From an uncultured Clostridia bacterium (lineage in GTDB: Bacteria > Bacillota > Clostridia > TANB77 > CAG-508): 64,000 bases of DNA. A program made the translations under genes and the position numbers. Where the stretch lies: positions 3,534-67,533 of the forward strand of contig CALXFD010000003.1 in NCBI GenBank assembly GCA_944387495.1. Direction: 5' to 3'. Shown here one piece after another: positions 19,711-31,056 of the stretch. Each line of letters opens with the position of its first letter. Position 1 is the stretch's first letter. The notes below the pieces were generated by a model. It searched no databases. It was not told the origin of the DNA and saw only the letters and a program-made list of their open reading frames with translations.

Positions 19711-20340
19711 ATGAATAGAAAGTTTGTGTCAAAAAGTAATTATGTATTAAGGAAAGTATTAAATAAGGAAGAAAATCTAGATATATTAAAAGATATGATA
19801 GAAAGTATTTTACAAATAAAAATTAAAAAAATAGAATTAAATCCATATTTAGAAAAGAAAAAACAAAATTTACCCGCAGAAGAGAACTTTGGAATTGCAG
19901 ATGTTAGACTTGAAAAAGCAGATGAAGAAGAATTAAATGTAGGAATTCAATTTGTAGATGGATATCATGTAATTACAAAAATGCTAATATATTATGCACA
20001 AATACATGCAAATCAATTAGAATATGACAAAGATAGAAAAGTTGCTAAAACTGTGACTATTAATTTTGTTGATTTTGATTTTTTAAAACAGCCTAATTAT
20101 CATCAAAAAATAAGTATGGCAGGAAAAGAGAATCCAGAAGCATTGGTTAATAATATAGAAATGCATGTAATAGAATTAGGCAAATTTAAAGAAACATTAG
20201 ATGTTTTTATTAATAAAGAAAAAGCATGGGTATCATATTTTAGAGGGAAAAAAGTAGAAGAGATTTGTGCAAATTATCCTATAATAAAGAAACTAGATGA
20301 AAAATTAATGGAGTATTGGAATAATGAAGTAATGGAGTAG
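19711..20340 (+). CDS. Rpn-family PD-(D/E)XK nuclease paralog, truncated (lacks the N-terminal ~15 aa and the C-terminal tail of the full-length copy at 25243..26136)
   Basis: Collinear similarity to the 25243..26136 protein: LRKVLNKEENLDILKDMIESILQIKIKKIELNPYLEKK vs FKKIFSKDECNSELKDLLEGILETKIQKVEVKNPELPK, and NIEMHVIELGKF vs NAEIHFIELPKF. Confidence 0.5.
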   Translation: MNRKFVSKSNYVLRKVLNKEENLDILKDMIESILQIKIKKIELNPYLEKKKQNLPAEENFGIADVRLEKADEEELNVGIQFVDGYHVITKMLIYYAQIHANQLEYDKDRKVAKTVTINFVDFDFLKQPNYHQKISMAGKENPEALVNNIEMHVIELGKFKETLDVFINKEKAWVSYFRGKKVEEICANYPIIKKLDEKLMEYWNNEVME

Positions 20341-20362
20341 CTAAAACAAAAACTGATGCACA

Positions 20363-22786
20363 TTAGTGTGCATCAGTTAAAACAGGTTTAAATGTTACAT
20401 TAATAACAGTTCCTTCTGGTACTAATTCTCCTGCTGTATAATCTTGAATAGTTACAATTCCAGTACCATTCATACTTATATTTAAGTTTTTAGCTTTTAA
20501 AGCACTTTGAGCTTGTGATGCATTCATACCAGACAAATCTGGAACTTCAACAGATGTAGAAACAGTATCACCTTCGCCATAAATTATTATAATTGAATTT
20601 TTAGAAAGTTTTACACCTGGCTTTGGTGTTTGGTCAGATACTAATGTTGAGTTTTCATCACCTGAGCAAACAGATTTACAAGTAAATCCTGCATTAGTAA
20701 GAACTTTTTTAGCTTCTGTTACAGTTTTATTTCTTATATCAGGTACTGTAATTAAATTATCTGAATTAGAATTTTCACTATCTGTATTATTAGAAGGTAC
20801 ACCTAAGTATGGTAATATTTCTGTTAACATTTGAGAAACAACTGGACCTGCAACTTGACCACCTTGGTATCCATTTTCACTTTGTGGGTCATATAATGTA
20901 AGTAAAATAGCAACCTGTGTATCTTCAATTGGAGAAATAGCAACAAAAGATGCTACATATCCATTATCTTTATTACTTTCTACTGGTTCAGATGTTCCTG
21001 ATTTTCCACCTACTGAATAACCAGAAACAGAAGCATTTTTACCAGTTCCTTCTAAGACAACAGATTCCATCATAGATTTTACTTTATCAGCAGTTGATTT
21101 AGAAATTACTTGTCTAACCTCTGTTGGTTCAGTAGTTGTAACAGCACCAGTATCAGTATTTGTAATAGATTTTACTATATTTGGTTTCATAAGTTTACCA
21201 TCATTTGCAACAGCGGAAATAGCTGTAATTAATTGTAATGGAGTTATTTGGAATCTCTGTCCAAATGCATATGTGGCAAGCTCAACAGGTCCCATTTCAT
21301 CTAAATCATGGAAGATACTATTTTGTTCTCCATATAATCCAGAATTAGTTTTATCAAATAATCCAAATGCTTGATAATATTTAAACAATGTAGGAGCAGT
21401 AATTCTAGATGCTAATTGCATAAATGCAGGGTTACAAGAATTACAAAGAGCTTGTCTTAAAGTTTGAGAACCATGAGGGTTACCATGTCTCCAACATTCA
21501 ATTGTTCTATCTTCTACAACCTCATATCCTTTGCAGTAAAAATCGTTTAGCTTATCAGTTGTTGTAATATTTTCTTCTAATGCAGCACTTGCAGTTATAA
21601 TTTTAAAAGTAGAACCAGGTTCATAGCTTTCTGCAACAGATTTGTTTGACCACATTTTATACAAAGCTTCATTTTTTTCTTCACTACTTAAAGAATCATA
21701 AGTTTGAGCAAGAGTACTATTAGGTGTATAAGGTGAGTTTAAGTCATAATCAGGGTAACATGCCATAGCTAAAATATCACCATTTTGTGGATTCATAACA
21801 ATAACATTTCCACCACGTTCACATTCATTTTTTTCAACTGCTTGTTTTAGATATTTTTCAACAATTGATTGAATATTTAAGTCAATAGTAAGAGTTATAT
21901 CACTTCCGTTTTCAGCAGAGATATAAGTTTCTTCTGCATTAGGAATCTCTTGTTGACTACTATCTTTTGAACTTACAATCTTACCAGGAGTACCAGTTAA
22001 AGTAGAATCCCATTGTGACTCAATACCACTTAAACCTTGGTTATCAGAACCACAAAATCCGATAACATTAGAAGCAAGGCTACCATAAGGGTAATAACGT
22101 TTTGTGTCTTCATCAATATTAATGCCAACTGCTATATCATTATCTTCCATCCAAGATTTTAATTGGTCAACTTTATCTTTTTCAACTTTCTTTGCAATAG
22201 TTTCAACTTGTGAGTTACTTGATACTTTTTCCAATGTTTCGTTATAATCTAACTCAAAGATATCAGATAAACCTTTTGCAACTTTTTCTTTTAATTCTTT
22301 TGTTTTATCATCATCTTTACCTTTAATCTTAGTAGGATTAATAGTAATAGTATCAACCTGTGCACTTATAGCTAGTGCTTTACCAGTTGAATCATATATA
22401 TTACCACGTTTTGGACTTAAAATTTGATTAATTGTTTGTTGTTGATAAGCAAGTTCTTTTAATCTACTTCCATCAATAAATTGTAAATAAGCAATTCTTC
22501 CCAATAATAAGATTAATATAAGTAATATAACGATAAATGTATTTCTAACTTTTTTAGTACATATTAAGTTTTTAGAATTAAAATCTTTTTTTAGTTTGAT
22601 TACATTATTTTCATTATTTTGTTGAATATTTTGAGAAGAATTTTTTTGTGTAATATTATATGTTTTAGAACGAGCATTATTAGATTTTAAATTTTTTTTC
22701 TCTTTTATATTTGTCTTTTTAGAAGTTTTTTTATTATTTGTTCTTTTCTTTATATTTTGTTCTTTTTTCTTATTTTTATTATTCAT
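20363..22786 (-). CDS. class B penicillin-binding protein with two C-terminal PASTA domains (SpoVD/FtsI family) and a Lys/Asn-rich N-terminal extension
   Basis: Transpeptidase motifs STFK and SxN, with KSG in GGKSGTS. Two PASTA repeats. ATG 22786 after AAGAGG. Confidence 0.85.
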   Translation of the reverse strand: MNNKNKKKEQNIKKRTNNKKTSKKTNIKEKKNLKSNNARSKTYNITQKNSSQNIQQNNENNVIKLKKDFNSKNLICTKKVRNTFIVILLILILLLGRIAYLQFIDGSRLKELAYQQQTINQILSPKRGNIYDSTGKALAISAQVDTITINPTKIKGKDDDKTKELKEKVAKGLSDIFELDYNETLEKVSSNSQVETIAKKVEKDKVDQLKSWMEDNDIAVGINIDEDTKRYYPYGSLASNVIGFCGSDNQGLSGIESQWDSTLTGTPGKIVSSKDSSQQEIPNAEETYISAENGSDITLTIDLNIQSIVEKYLKQAVEKNECERGGNVIVMNPQNGDILAMACYPDYDLNSPYTPNSTLAQTYDSLSSEEKNEALYKMWSNKSVAESYEPGSTFKIITASAALEENITTTDKLNDFYCKGYEVVEDRTIECWRHGNPHGSQTLRQALCNSCNPAFMQLASRITAPTLFKYYQAFGLFDKTNSGLYGEQNSIFHDLDEMGPVELATYAFGQRFQITPLQLITAISAVANDGKLMKPNIVKSITNTDTGAVTTTEPTEVRQVISKSTADKVKSMMESVVLEGTGKNASVSGYSVGGKSGTSEPVESNKDNGYVASFVAISPIEDTQVAILLTLYDPQSENGYQGGQVAGPVVSQMLTEILPYLGVPSNNTDSENSNSDNLITVPDIRNKTVTEAKKVLTNAGFTCKSVCSGDENSTLVSDQTPKPGVKLSKNSIIIIYGEGDTVSTSVEVPDLSGMNASQAQSALKAKNLNISMNGTGIVTIQDYTAGELVPEGTVINVTFKPVLTDAH

Positions 22787-23040
22787 ATATAACACGCCTC
22801 TTTTGTTAAAATTTGCAAGTATATTTTATATTAAAAGAGTGGAAAAATCAATAAAAAGTTGAAAAAAATCTATATTTAATATATAATTCAAATGGCAAAA
22901 ATATAGGCTATTTAAAATTTATAAAATCTTTATAAATAAAAATTAATAATAAAGGTATAATAGCTGATATATAGAAAAAATAAATACTAGAAAAGCTAAA
23001 ATATACATTCTAAAAACTAAATTAGAGGAGAAATTATAAT

Positions 23041-23913
23041 ATGAGTAATATATTAGAAGAAACAAATTTTATATTAAAAAAGTATAAAATAAAAGCAAAT
23101 AAAGCATTAGGACAAAACTTTTTAATAAGTCAAGAAGTTGTAGATAAAATAGTAGAAAGTAGTAATATATCAAAAGAGGATTTAGTAATAGAAATAGGTC
23201 CAGGATTAGGAACACTTACAAAAGAGTTACTAGAAAAAGCAGGAAAAGTAATAGCAATAGAATTAGATGATAAAATGTTACAAATATTAAATGATAGATT
23301 TGCTTTATATGATAATTTTGAACTAATAAATAATGATGTATTAAAAGTTGATTTAGGTAAAATAATAAAAAAAGAAAAGAAAGAAAATAACTTAAAAAAA
23401 GCAAAAGTTGTAGCAAACTTACCATATTACATAACTACACCAATTATAATGAAATTATTAGAAGAAAAATTGGACTTAGAAAGTATAACAGTAATGATAC
23501 AAAAAGAAGTGGCAGATAGATTAGCAGAAATACCAGGTGGAAAAAATACTGGTGCAATAACTTATACTGTATATTTTTATGCAGAAACTGAAAAAATATT
23601 AGAAGTACCAAATAATTCATTTATACCTGAACCAGAAGTTACATCTGAGGTTATAAAATTAAATATAAGAAAAGAAGAACCTGTAAAAGTTGATGATAAA
23701 GAACTGTTCTTTAAAATAATAAAAAGTGCTTTTATGCAAAGAAGAAAAACTTTATTAAATGGACTTACAAATGCAAAAGTATTTAAAAATAAAGAAGAGG
23801 GCATAAAGGTTTTAAAAGAACTAGGAATTAGTGAAAATATAAGAGCAGAAAAATTAACATTAGAACAATTTGCACAATTATCAGATTTACTTATAAAAGA
23901 TTCAGAAAATTAA
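23041..23913 (+). CDS. rsmA: 16S rRNA (adenine1518/1519-N6)-dimethyltransferase RsmA/KsgA
   Basis: LGQNFL, EIGPGLG and NLPY motifs. Confidence 0.9.
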   Translation: MSNILEETNFILKKYKIKANKALGQNFLISQEVVDKIVESSNISKEDLVIEIGPGLGTLTKELLEKAGKVIAIELDDKMLQILNDRFALYDNFELINNDVLKVDLGKIIKKEKKENNLKKAKVVANLPYYITTPIIMKLLEEKLDLESITVMIQKEVADRLAEIPGGKNTGAITYTVYFYAETEKILEVPNNSFIPEPEVTSEVIKLNIRKEEPVKVDDKELFFKIIKSAFMQRRKTLLNGLTNAKVFKNKEEGIKVLKELGISENIRAEKLTLEQFAQLSDLLIKDSEN

Positions 23914-24118
23914 ATTTTTATAATTAAAATAATTTTAAAATTACTTAGAAAAAGTATATGAGGGGAAGAAAATATTATTAATAAATTAAAATGTAAATGT
24001 AATAACACAAAAAATAAGAAAAGAAAATAAAAAAATTGTAAAAGCGAGTAAAATATTTTATACGGGACTTGAAAAATTAATTTATTTGGTATAGAATAAA
24101 AATGCCTAAAATTGGTAA

Positions 24119-25171
<1,053 letters not shown>

Positions 25172-25186
25172 TAAGTGTATAAAAAT

Positions 25187-25228
25187 AAAGTATGTCAAGA
25201 ATAAAATCTGGCATACTTTATTTTTGCT
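25187..25228 (+). terminator. rho-independent terminator after gap
   Basis: aaagtatgtca ..loop.. tggcatacttt followed by atttttg. Confidence 0.5.
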
Positions 25229-25242
25229 TTCAGAAGGTTTTA

Positions 25243-26136
25243 TCATAGCACTTTTATATCTTCTCTTGTCAAACCTGTTATTTTTTCAATTGTAGATATT
25301 TCAAAACCTTCTTCCTTCATTTTTTTAGCAATTTCTTTTTTATTTTCATTTTTTCCTTCTTCCTTTCCAACTCTTTTGGCAGCCTCCATCTCTGAATAGT
25401 AACTCCATCTTGCTAACTCTCTTTCTTCGTATTCTTCTCTCTCTTTTGGGTTCATACTCATTACTTCTAACTCTGTTTTAGCTTTTTTTACTTCTTCATT
25501 TACTTTTTCTGCCATTTTAATTTTCTCCTCCTTCCTCGTTAATAGCCATAGCCACTGGTCTAACTTTCTCTTTATGCCTGGCTTCTTTTCTATAAACTTT
25601 GGTAATTCTATAAAATGGATTTCTGCATTTTCCGTGACTAATCCATTTTCTTCTTTATATCCCATGTCTACATATTCTTCTTTTTTTATTTTATCAAACC
25701 TCATATGTGCTATATTATGGTATGTATTTGTTTTGAAAAAATTAAAGTTTAATATCCATATTGATATAGTTTTCTTTAAGTACTTATATTCGTCTCCTGG
25801 CATTAACTGTGGACTTATTAATTTTGATAAATATACTAGACTTCTATTTCCTAAGTTATATTCATCTCTTGTTTGCATTTCTATATCTAGTGTTATTTTG
25901 TCATTTATTTTTGCTTTTATATCTAATCTTGCTAATTTTTCTCCTAATATATTTTTTGGTAGCTCTGGATTTTTTACTTCTACTTTTTGTATTTTTGTTT
26001 CTAATATTCCTTCTAATAAATCTTTTAATTCACTATTACATTCGTCTTTGGAAAATATTTTCTTAAATATTAAATCATTTGTTAGTGGTAATATTTTCGT
26101 TTCTCTTACTTTTTGTATTACCTCTTGTTTTGTCAT
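25243..26136 (-). CDS. Rpn-family recombination-promoting nuclease / putative transposase (PD-(D/E)XK; YhgA-like)
   Basis: N-terminal LTNDLIFKKIF..LDIKA..DIEMQ nuclease core and a Glu/Lys-rich C-terminal tail typical of the family. Confidence 0.75.
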   Translation of the reverse strand: MTKQEVIQKVRETKILPLTNDLIFKKIFSKDECNSELKDLLEGILETKIQKVEVKNPELPKNILGEKLARLDIKAKINDKITLDIEMQTRDEYNLGNRSLVYLSKLISPQLMPGDEYKYLKKTISIWILNFNFFKTNTYHNIAHMRFDKIKKEEYVDMGYKEENGLVTENAEIHFIELPKFIEKKPGIKRKLDQWLWLLTRKEEKIKMAEKVNEEVKKAKTELEVMSMNPKEREEYEERELARWSYYSEMEAAKRVGKEEGKNENKKEIAKKMKEEGFEISTIEKITGLTREDIKVL

Positions 26137-26356
26137 ATATACTTTTTGCTCCTTTCTATTTTACCAAATCTATTGTTTTTAAGCAACAGTCATTTTGGTA
26201 AAAATTTCTTAAATTTTATTATTAAATCACTTTTTATTTTTAAATAAAAAAGAACAAAGTTTACTAATAAGATAAAAAACATTGCTTTTATAAAAAATAT
26301 ATAGTAGAATAAAAATGCAAATAAGAGAAAACAAAACATAGAAAGGAAGTGAAAAA

Positions 26357-28027
26357 ATGACTCCAAAAGGAATAGGAATAGGCGTAAGTGACTTCAAAAT
26401 GCTAAGAATAAGAAATAACTACTATATAGATAAAACAATGTATATAAAAGATATAATAGATAATCAGTCAAGTGTAATATTGGTAACAAGACCAAGAAGG
26501 TTTGGGAAAACATTAAATATGAGTATGTTAAAATACTATTTTGATTGTAGACAAAAAGATAGTAAAGAGTTATTTAATGGGTTAAAAATAATGAAACAAG
26601 ATGAGAAATATAAAGAAAAACTAGGAAAATATCCAGTAATATATTTAACACTTAAAGATGCAGGATTAATGACTTATGAAATGATGATAATGCAACTAAA
26701 AACAATAATGATGGAATTATTTTATGAACATAAAGAACTGCTAGAAGGTGAAATGTCGGAAGGAGAAAGAAATATATTTAACAAAATTTTATCTGCAAAT
26801 GCAACAGATTTAGATTTGTTAAATTCATTAAAAATGCTATCAAAATTAATGAGTCAATATTACAATAAACCAGCAATTTTATTATTAGATGAATACGATG
26901 TGCCATTACAAAATGCATATGTAGAAGGCTACTATGAAGAAGCTATGAAATTTTTTAAAAATTTTTATGGAGTAACATTTAAAGATAATCCATATTTAGA
27001 AAAAACAGTAATAACAGGGGTAAGTAGAGTAGCCAAAGAAAGTATATTTAGTGGTGCTAACAATTTTAAGGTATATACTGTATTAGATAATGAATTTGCA
27101 GATGATTTTGGAATTACAGAAGAAGAGATGGATAAAATAATAGAAGACTTTGAAATACAAGAAAATAAGAAAGAAATAAAAAAATGGTATGATGGATATA
27201 AAATAGGAGAAGTTGAAGAAATATATAATCCATGGAGTATATTAAATTACCTAGCAGATAAAAAATTAATGCCATATTGGGTAAATACGAGTTCAAATGA
27301 TTTGATAAAAGTAATATTAAAAAATTCAAGTTCAGTAAAAGAAAAAATGCAAGAATTATTAAAAGATAAATCAATAGAAGTAAAAATAAATTTAGATACA
27401 GTAATAACAGGAATAGAAAATAATGAAGATAATATCTGGGGGGTAATGCTTGGCACAGGATATTTGAAAGTAGAAGAGGTTATTGATAACATAAGTAAGA
27501 TATATAAAGTTAAATTGCCAAACTATGAAGTAAAGCATTTATTTGAAGACATAGTAGATGATTGGTTTAGAGATAAAGTGATAGGAAATGATTTAAAAAG
27601 TATATTAAAAGATTTAATAACATTAAACTTAGATGAATATGAAAGAAAGTTTGAAATTTTAGTAAAAGAAATGTTTAGTTATATGGATGTTGGAGAAAAT
27701 ACAGCAGAGAATTTTTATCATGCATTTGTCTTAGGAATTTTAGTGGGATTAAAAGATAGTTATTATGTGAATTCAAATAGAGAGTCTGGCATAGGAAGAT
27801 ATGATATTATGTTAGAGCCAAAAAATCAAAATGGCAATGCTTTTATAATGGAATTTAAAGTATATAGAGAAGGTAAAGAAGAAAATATTAAAGAAACAAT
27901 AGATAATGCAAAAAGACAGATAGAAGAAAAAGAATATGAACGCAATTTAAAAGAAAGAGGCTTTAATAATATTACTAAAATGATATATGTTTTTAAGGGA
28001 AAAGAGGTTAGTATAGAAGTATATTAA
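26357..28027 (+). CDS. AAA-ATPase-like domain protein with C-terminal PD-(D/E)XK (PDDEXK_9-type) domain
   Basis: N-terminus GVSDFKMLRIRNNYYIDKT..TRPRRFGKT (Walker A-like) and a C-terminal ..RYDIMLEP..MEFK nuclease-like segment. Family typically 520-560 aa. Confidence 0.7.
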   Translation: MTPKGIGIGVSDFKMLRIRNNYYIDKTMYIKDIIDNQSSVILVTRPRRFGKTLNMSMLKYYFDCRQKDSKELFNGLKIMKQDEKYKEKLGKYPVIYLTLKDAGLMTYEMMIMQLKTIMMELFYEHKELLEGEMSEGERNIFNKILSANATDLDLLNSLKMLSKLMSQYYNKPAILLLDEYDVPLQNAYVEGYYEEAMKFFKNFYGVTFKDNPYLEKTVITGVSRVAKESIFSGANNFKVYTVLDNEFADDFGITEEEMDKIIEDFEIQENKKEIKKWYDGYKIGEVEEIYNPWSILNYLADKKLMPYWVNTSSNDLIKVILKNSSSVKEKMQELLKDKSIEVKINLDTVITGIENNEDNIWGVMLGTGYLKVEEVIDNISKIYKVKLPNYEVKHLFEDIVDDWFRDKVIGNDLKSILKDLITLNLDEYERKFEILVKEMFSYMDVGENTAENFYHAFVLGILVGLKDSYYVNSNRESGIGRYDIMLEPKNQNGNAFIMEFKVYREGKEENIKETIDNAKRQIEEKEYERNLKERGFNNITKMIYVFKGKEVSIEVY

Positions 28028-28033
28028 TAAAAA

Positions 28034-28085
28034 AATAGCAAAATTAAAACCACACACACAAGTTTAATTTTGCTATTTTTCCGTT
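28034..28085 (+). terminator. rho-independent terminator (atagcaaaattaaa / tttaattttgctat + T-run)
   Basis: Inverted repeat read directly. Confidence 0.55.
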
Positions 28086-28259
28086 CTTAAAATCTAATAT
28101 TTTACAAAAGTAAATAAAATATTACACTTTAATCACAAAACCATTACAAATAATAAAAACACACTGAAAATGTATCACAACCTCATTATACAAAACGAAA
28201 ATATAAAAGTCAATAAAAAATCAAAAAAATTTTAATAAAAATTATTGTAAAAAAATAAC

Positions 28260-28288
28260 TTGAAAAATCCATATAATTGATATAAAAT
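28260..28288 (+). promoter_or_regulatory. putative sigma-A promoter for pgk (TTGAAA -17- TAAAAT)
   Basis: Read directly, about 60 nt upstream of the pgk RBS. Confidence 0.4.
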
Positions 28289-28351
28289 AGTATCATCAAG
28301 AAAAAATTGGAAATACTTATAAAAAGTAATCCAAAAAGGGAGGAATTCAAA

Positions 28352-29536
28352 ATGAACAAAAAAACAGTAAAAGACATTGATTTAAAAGGAAAGAAAGTAT
28401 TTGTAAGATGTGACTTCAATGTACCAATGGATGAAAACCAAAATATAACAGATAACACAAGAATAGTAGCAGCATTACCAACAATAAAATATTTATTAGA
28501 GCAAAACTGCAAAATAGTACTTGCATCACATTTAGGAAGACCAAAGGGAGAATTTAAACCAGAATTTTCATTGGCACCTGTTGCAAAAGAATTATCAAAA
28601 TTATTAGATAAAGAAGTAATAATGGCAAAAGATGTTGTAGGGGAAGACGCTATGGCAAAAGCTGAAAACTTAAAAGAAGGAGAAGTTTTATTACTTGAAA
28701 ATGTAAGATTTCATAAAGAAGAAACAGACAATGACCCAGAATTTGCAAAAAAATTAGCATCAATGGCAGAAGTTTTTGTAAATGATGCATTTGGAACAGC
28801 ACATAGAGCACATGCTTCAACGACAGGTATTGCAGATTATTTACCAGCAGTATCAGGATTTTTAATTGAAAAAGAATTAAAATTCTTAGGAAATGCAGTA
28901 AATAACCCAGAAAGACCATTTGTTGCAATACTAGGAGGAGCAAAAGTTTCAGATAAAATTGGTGTAATAGATAGTTTATTAGAAAAAGTAGATACATTAA
29001 TGATAGGTGGAGGAATGGCATATACATTCTTTAAAGCACAAGGATATGAAGTAGGAAACTCAATTTGTGAAATGGATAAATTAGATTTAGCTAAAAATGC
29101 TATGGAAAAAGCTAAACAAAAAGGTGTTAAATTAATGCTTCCAGTTGATACAAAAGTAGGAAAAGAATTTAAACCAGATACAGAAAGCAAAACAGTAAAA
29201 TGGACAGAAATTCCAGCAGATTGGGAAGGTTTTGATATAGGTGCAGAAACAATAAAAATGTTTAGTGATGAATTAAGAAAAGCAAAAACTGTTGTATGGA
29301 ATGGACCACTAGGATTATTTGAATTTGAACAATTTGCAATTGGAACAAATGAAATTGCAAAAGTATTATCAGAAATTGATGCAACAACAATAATAGGTGG
29401 AGGAGATTCAGCAGCAGCAGTTAAAAAAGCAGGATTAGAAGATAAAATGACACATATTTCAACAGGTGGTGGAGCTTCACTTGAATTCTTAGAAGGTAAA
29501 AAATTACCAGGAATTGAATGTTTAATGGATAAATAA
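28352..29536 (+). CDS. pgk: phosphoglycerate kinase
   Basis: RCDFNVP and GGGASLE motifs. ATG 28352 after AAGGGAGG (the track ORF starts 45 nt upstream). Confidence 0.95.
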   Translation: MNKKTVKDIDLKGKKVFVRCDFNVPMDENQNITDNTRIVAALPTIKYLLEQNCKIVLASHLGRPKGEFKPEFSLAPVAKELSKLLDKEVIMAKDVVGEDAMAKAENLKEGEVLLLENVRFHKEETDNDPEFAKKLASMAEVFVNDAFGTAHRAHASTTGIADYLPAVSGFLIEKELKFLGNAVNNPERPFVAILGGAKVSDKIGVIDSLLEKVDTLMIGGGMAYTFFKAQGYEVGNSICEMDKLDLAKNAMEKAKQKGVKLMLPVDTKVGKEFKPDTESKTVKWTEIPADWEGFDIGAETIKMFSDELRKAKTVVWNGPLGLFEFEQFAIGTNEIAKVLSEIDATTIIGGGDSAAAVKKAGLEDKMTHISTGGGASLEFLEGKKLPGIECLMDK

Positions 29537-29556
29537 ATAGCAAAAGGATGTAGAAT

Positions 29557-30195
29557 ATGAATGATTTTAAAAAATCTTTAAAAGGATTTAAAGAAAAGAA
29601 AAAAATAAGTTATTATAAAACATATGAAAGAAATATTAGAGGAGAAAAAGTATATACAGGAATTATAGAAACTAAGAAAGAATTAACCCAAGATAATTAT
29701 CTTGGGGGAGTTTCTTGCTTTATAATAAATGATGAAGGTAAAGTGTTGATAGAAAAAAGAGCAAATACAAAAATAAACTCAGGAGAAATAGATTTATGCT
29801 CAGGTCATATTGATGGAGAAGAAACACCAACACAAGCTATGATTAGAGAATATGTAGAAGAATTGCATAATGGTTCATCAGAAGAAAAAGAAAAGGCAAG
29901 AAATGAAGCTATACAAAACCTTTGTAAATTAGATGAATTAGATTTAATATTTCATAATAGAGGAAATACAAGAAAGTTTTTTATACAATTTTATACTATG
30001 AAAACTAAATTAGAAAATGTGACAATACAACCAGAAGAAATAGATAGTATAGAATGGGTAAATTTAGATGAGGCTTTTGATTTAATTAGACAAGGCAAAA
30101 CTAAATTTCCATATGATGAAAGATATGAAAAAATATTTGAAAAAGTAAGTGAACATTATAAAGGAATAAAAGAGGAAAAAGTTCTAAATAAATAA
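29557..30195 (+). CDS. NUDIX hydrolase
   Basis: Nudix box GHIDGEETPTQAMIREYVEEL (Gx5Ex7REUxEE). Confidence 0.7.
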   Translation: MNDFKKSLKGFKEKKKISYYKTYERNIRGEKVYTGIIETKKELTQDNYLGGVSCFIINDEGKVLIEKRANTKINSGEIDLCSGHIDGEETPTQAMIREYVEELHNGSSEEKEKARNEAIQNLCKLDELDLIFHNRGNTRKFFIQFYTMKTKLENVTIQPEEIDSIEWVNLDEAFDLIRQGKTKFPYDERYEKIFEKVSEHYKGIKEEKVLNK

Positions 30196-30210
30196 AAATG
30201 GAGAAAAAAG

Positions 30211-30771
30211 ATGGTTATAACTTTATCAGGAGTAACAGGAGTAGGAAAATCATATTTTAAAAAAGCTATTCAAGATGATTTAGGTATTGAAGCACAAGTT
30301 ATTGTAACAACAAGAAAAATGCGTGATGGTGAAAAAGATGGAATAGATAAAAAATTTGTAACAGATGAAGAATTTGAAAAATTAAAAAAAGCAGGAGAAA
30401 TAGTAGTAACATTTGAATATTTAGGAAATAAATATGGTTATCCTAAAAAAAATATGCAAAGCAAATTAAATAGTGTAGTGGAACTGCATTATTCTATTAT
30501 ATATCAACTAAAAGAAGAGGTAAAAAATACTTTTTCTATATATATGCTTCCTAAAAACTTGGAAATTGCTAAGCAAAAATTAAAAGAAAGAAACTTACCA
30601 AAAGATGTAGAAAAAGCTCGACTTGATGAAATAGAAGAACATATAAAGAGATTTAAAGAAGATGAAGAGTTACGAGGACAATTTGATTATGTTTTCTATA
30701 ATGATTATACAGAAAAAGCAAGAGAAGAGTTAATGAAAATAATAAAAGAAAAAATTAATAATTTAAAGTAA
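30211..30771 (+). CDS. guanylate kinase-like P-loop kinase (divergent Gmk paralog)
   Basis: ITLSGVTGVGKSY P-loop and VTTRKMRDGEKDGIDKKFVTDEEFEKL..YLGNKYGYPK, matching the Gmk TTRxxRxGExxGxDYxFV..YGT pattern with substitutions. Confidence 0.6.
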   Translation: MVITLSGVTGVGKSYFKKAIQDDLGIEAQVIVTTRKMRDGEKDGIDKKFVTDEEFEKLKKAGEIVVTFEYLGNKYGYPKKNMQSKLNSVVELHYSIIYQLKEEVKNTFSIYMLPKNLEIAKQKLKERNLPKDVEKARLDEIEEHIKRFKEDEELRGQFDYVFYNDYTEKAREELMKIIKEKINNLK

Positions 30772-30791
30772 AAAGATAGAAAAAATAAAAT

Positions 30792-30862
30792 GAACCCCAT
30801 TAGTAGACTATAACAAAAAAGTTGTGGTATATGCTAATTGGGGAATTTTTTTATTGAAAAGA
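30792..30862 (+). terminator. imperfect hairpin + T-run after the gmk-like gene
   Basis: ccccattag .. ctaattgggg followed by aattttttt. Confidence 0.35.
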
Positions 30863-31056
30863 ACTCAAAAATATAGAAATTAAAATTTTAAATCAAAATA
30901 AAAAAGAAAGTTTTAGCAAACTTACAAAATTCCTAGTAAAATTAATAAAAATATGATAATATGTTAAAAGCAAATGGTTTATAGGTAATCCCCAAAACCT
31001 AAATATAATATAAGGAGAATGTGAATATTTATAAAAATATATCACAGAAATAGTAT

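Noticed and set aside
25574-26182. 202-aa plus-strand ORF and nested 85-aa ORF
   Set aside because: Antisense to the well-supported Rpn nuclease gene; Phe/Leu/Ile-rich composition typical of AT-rich antisense frames; no RBS.
30792-30862. aattgggga motif in the gmk-like terminator as another GGGGACG repeat copy
   Set aside because: Only the 9-nt aattgggga is shared; the ACGTTTC core is missing. Treated as coincidence.
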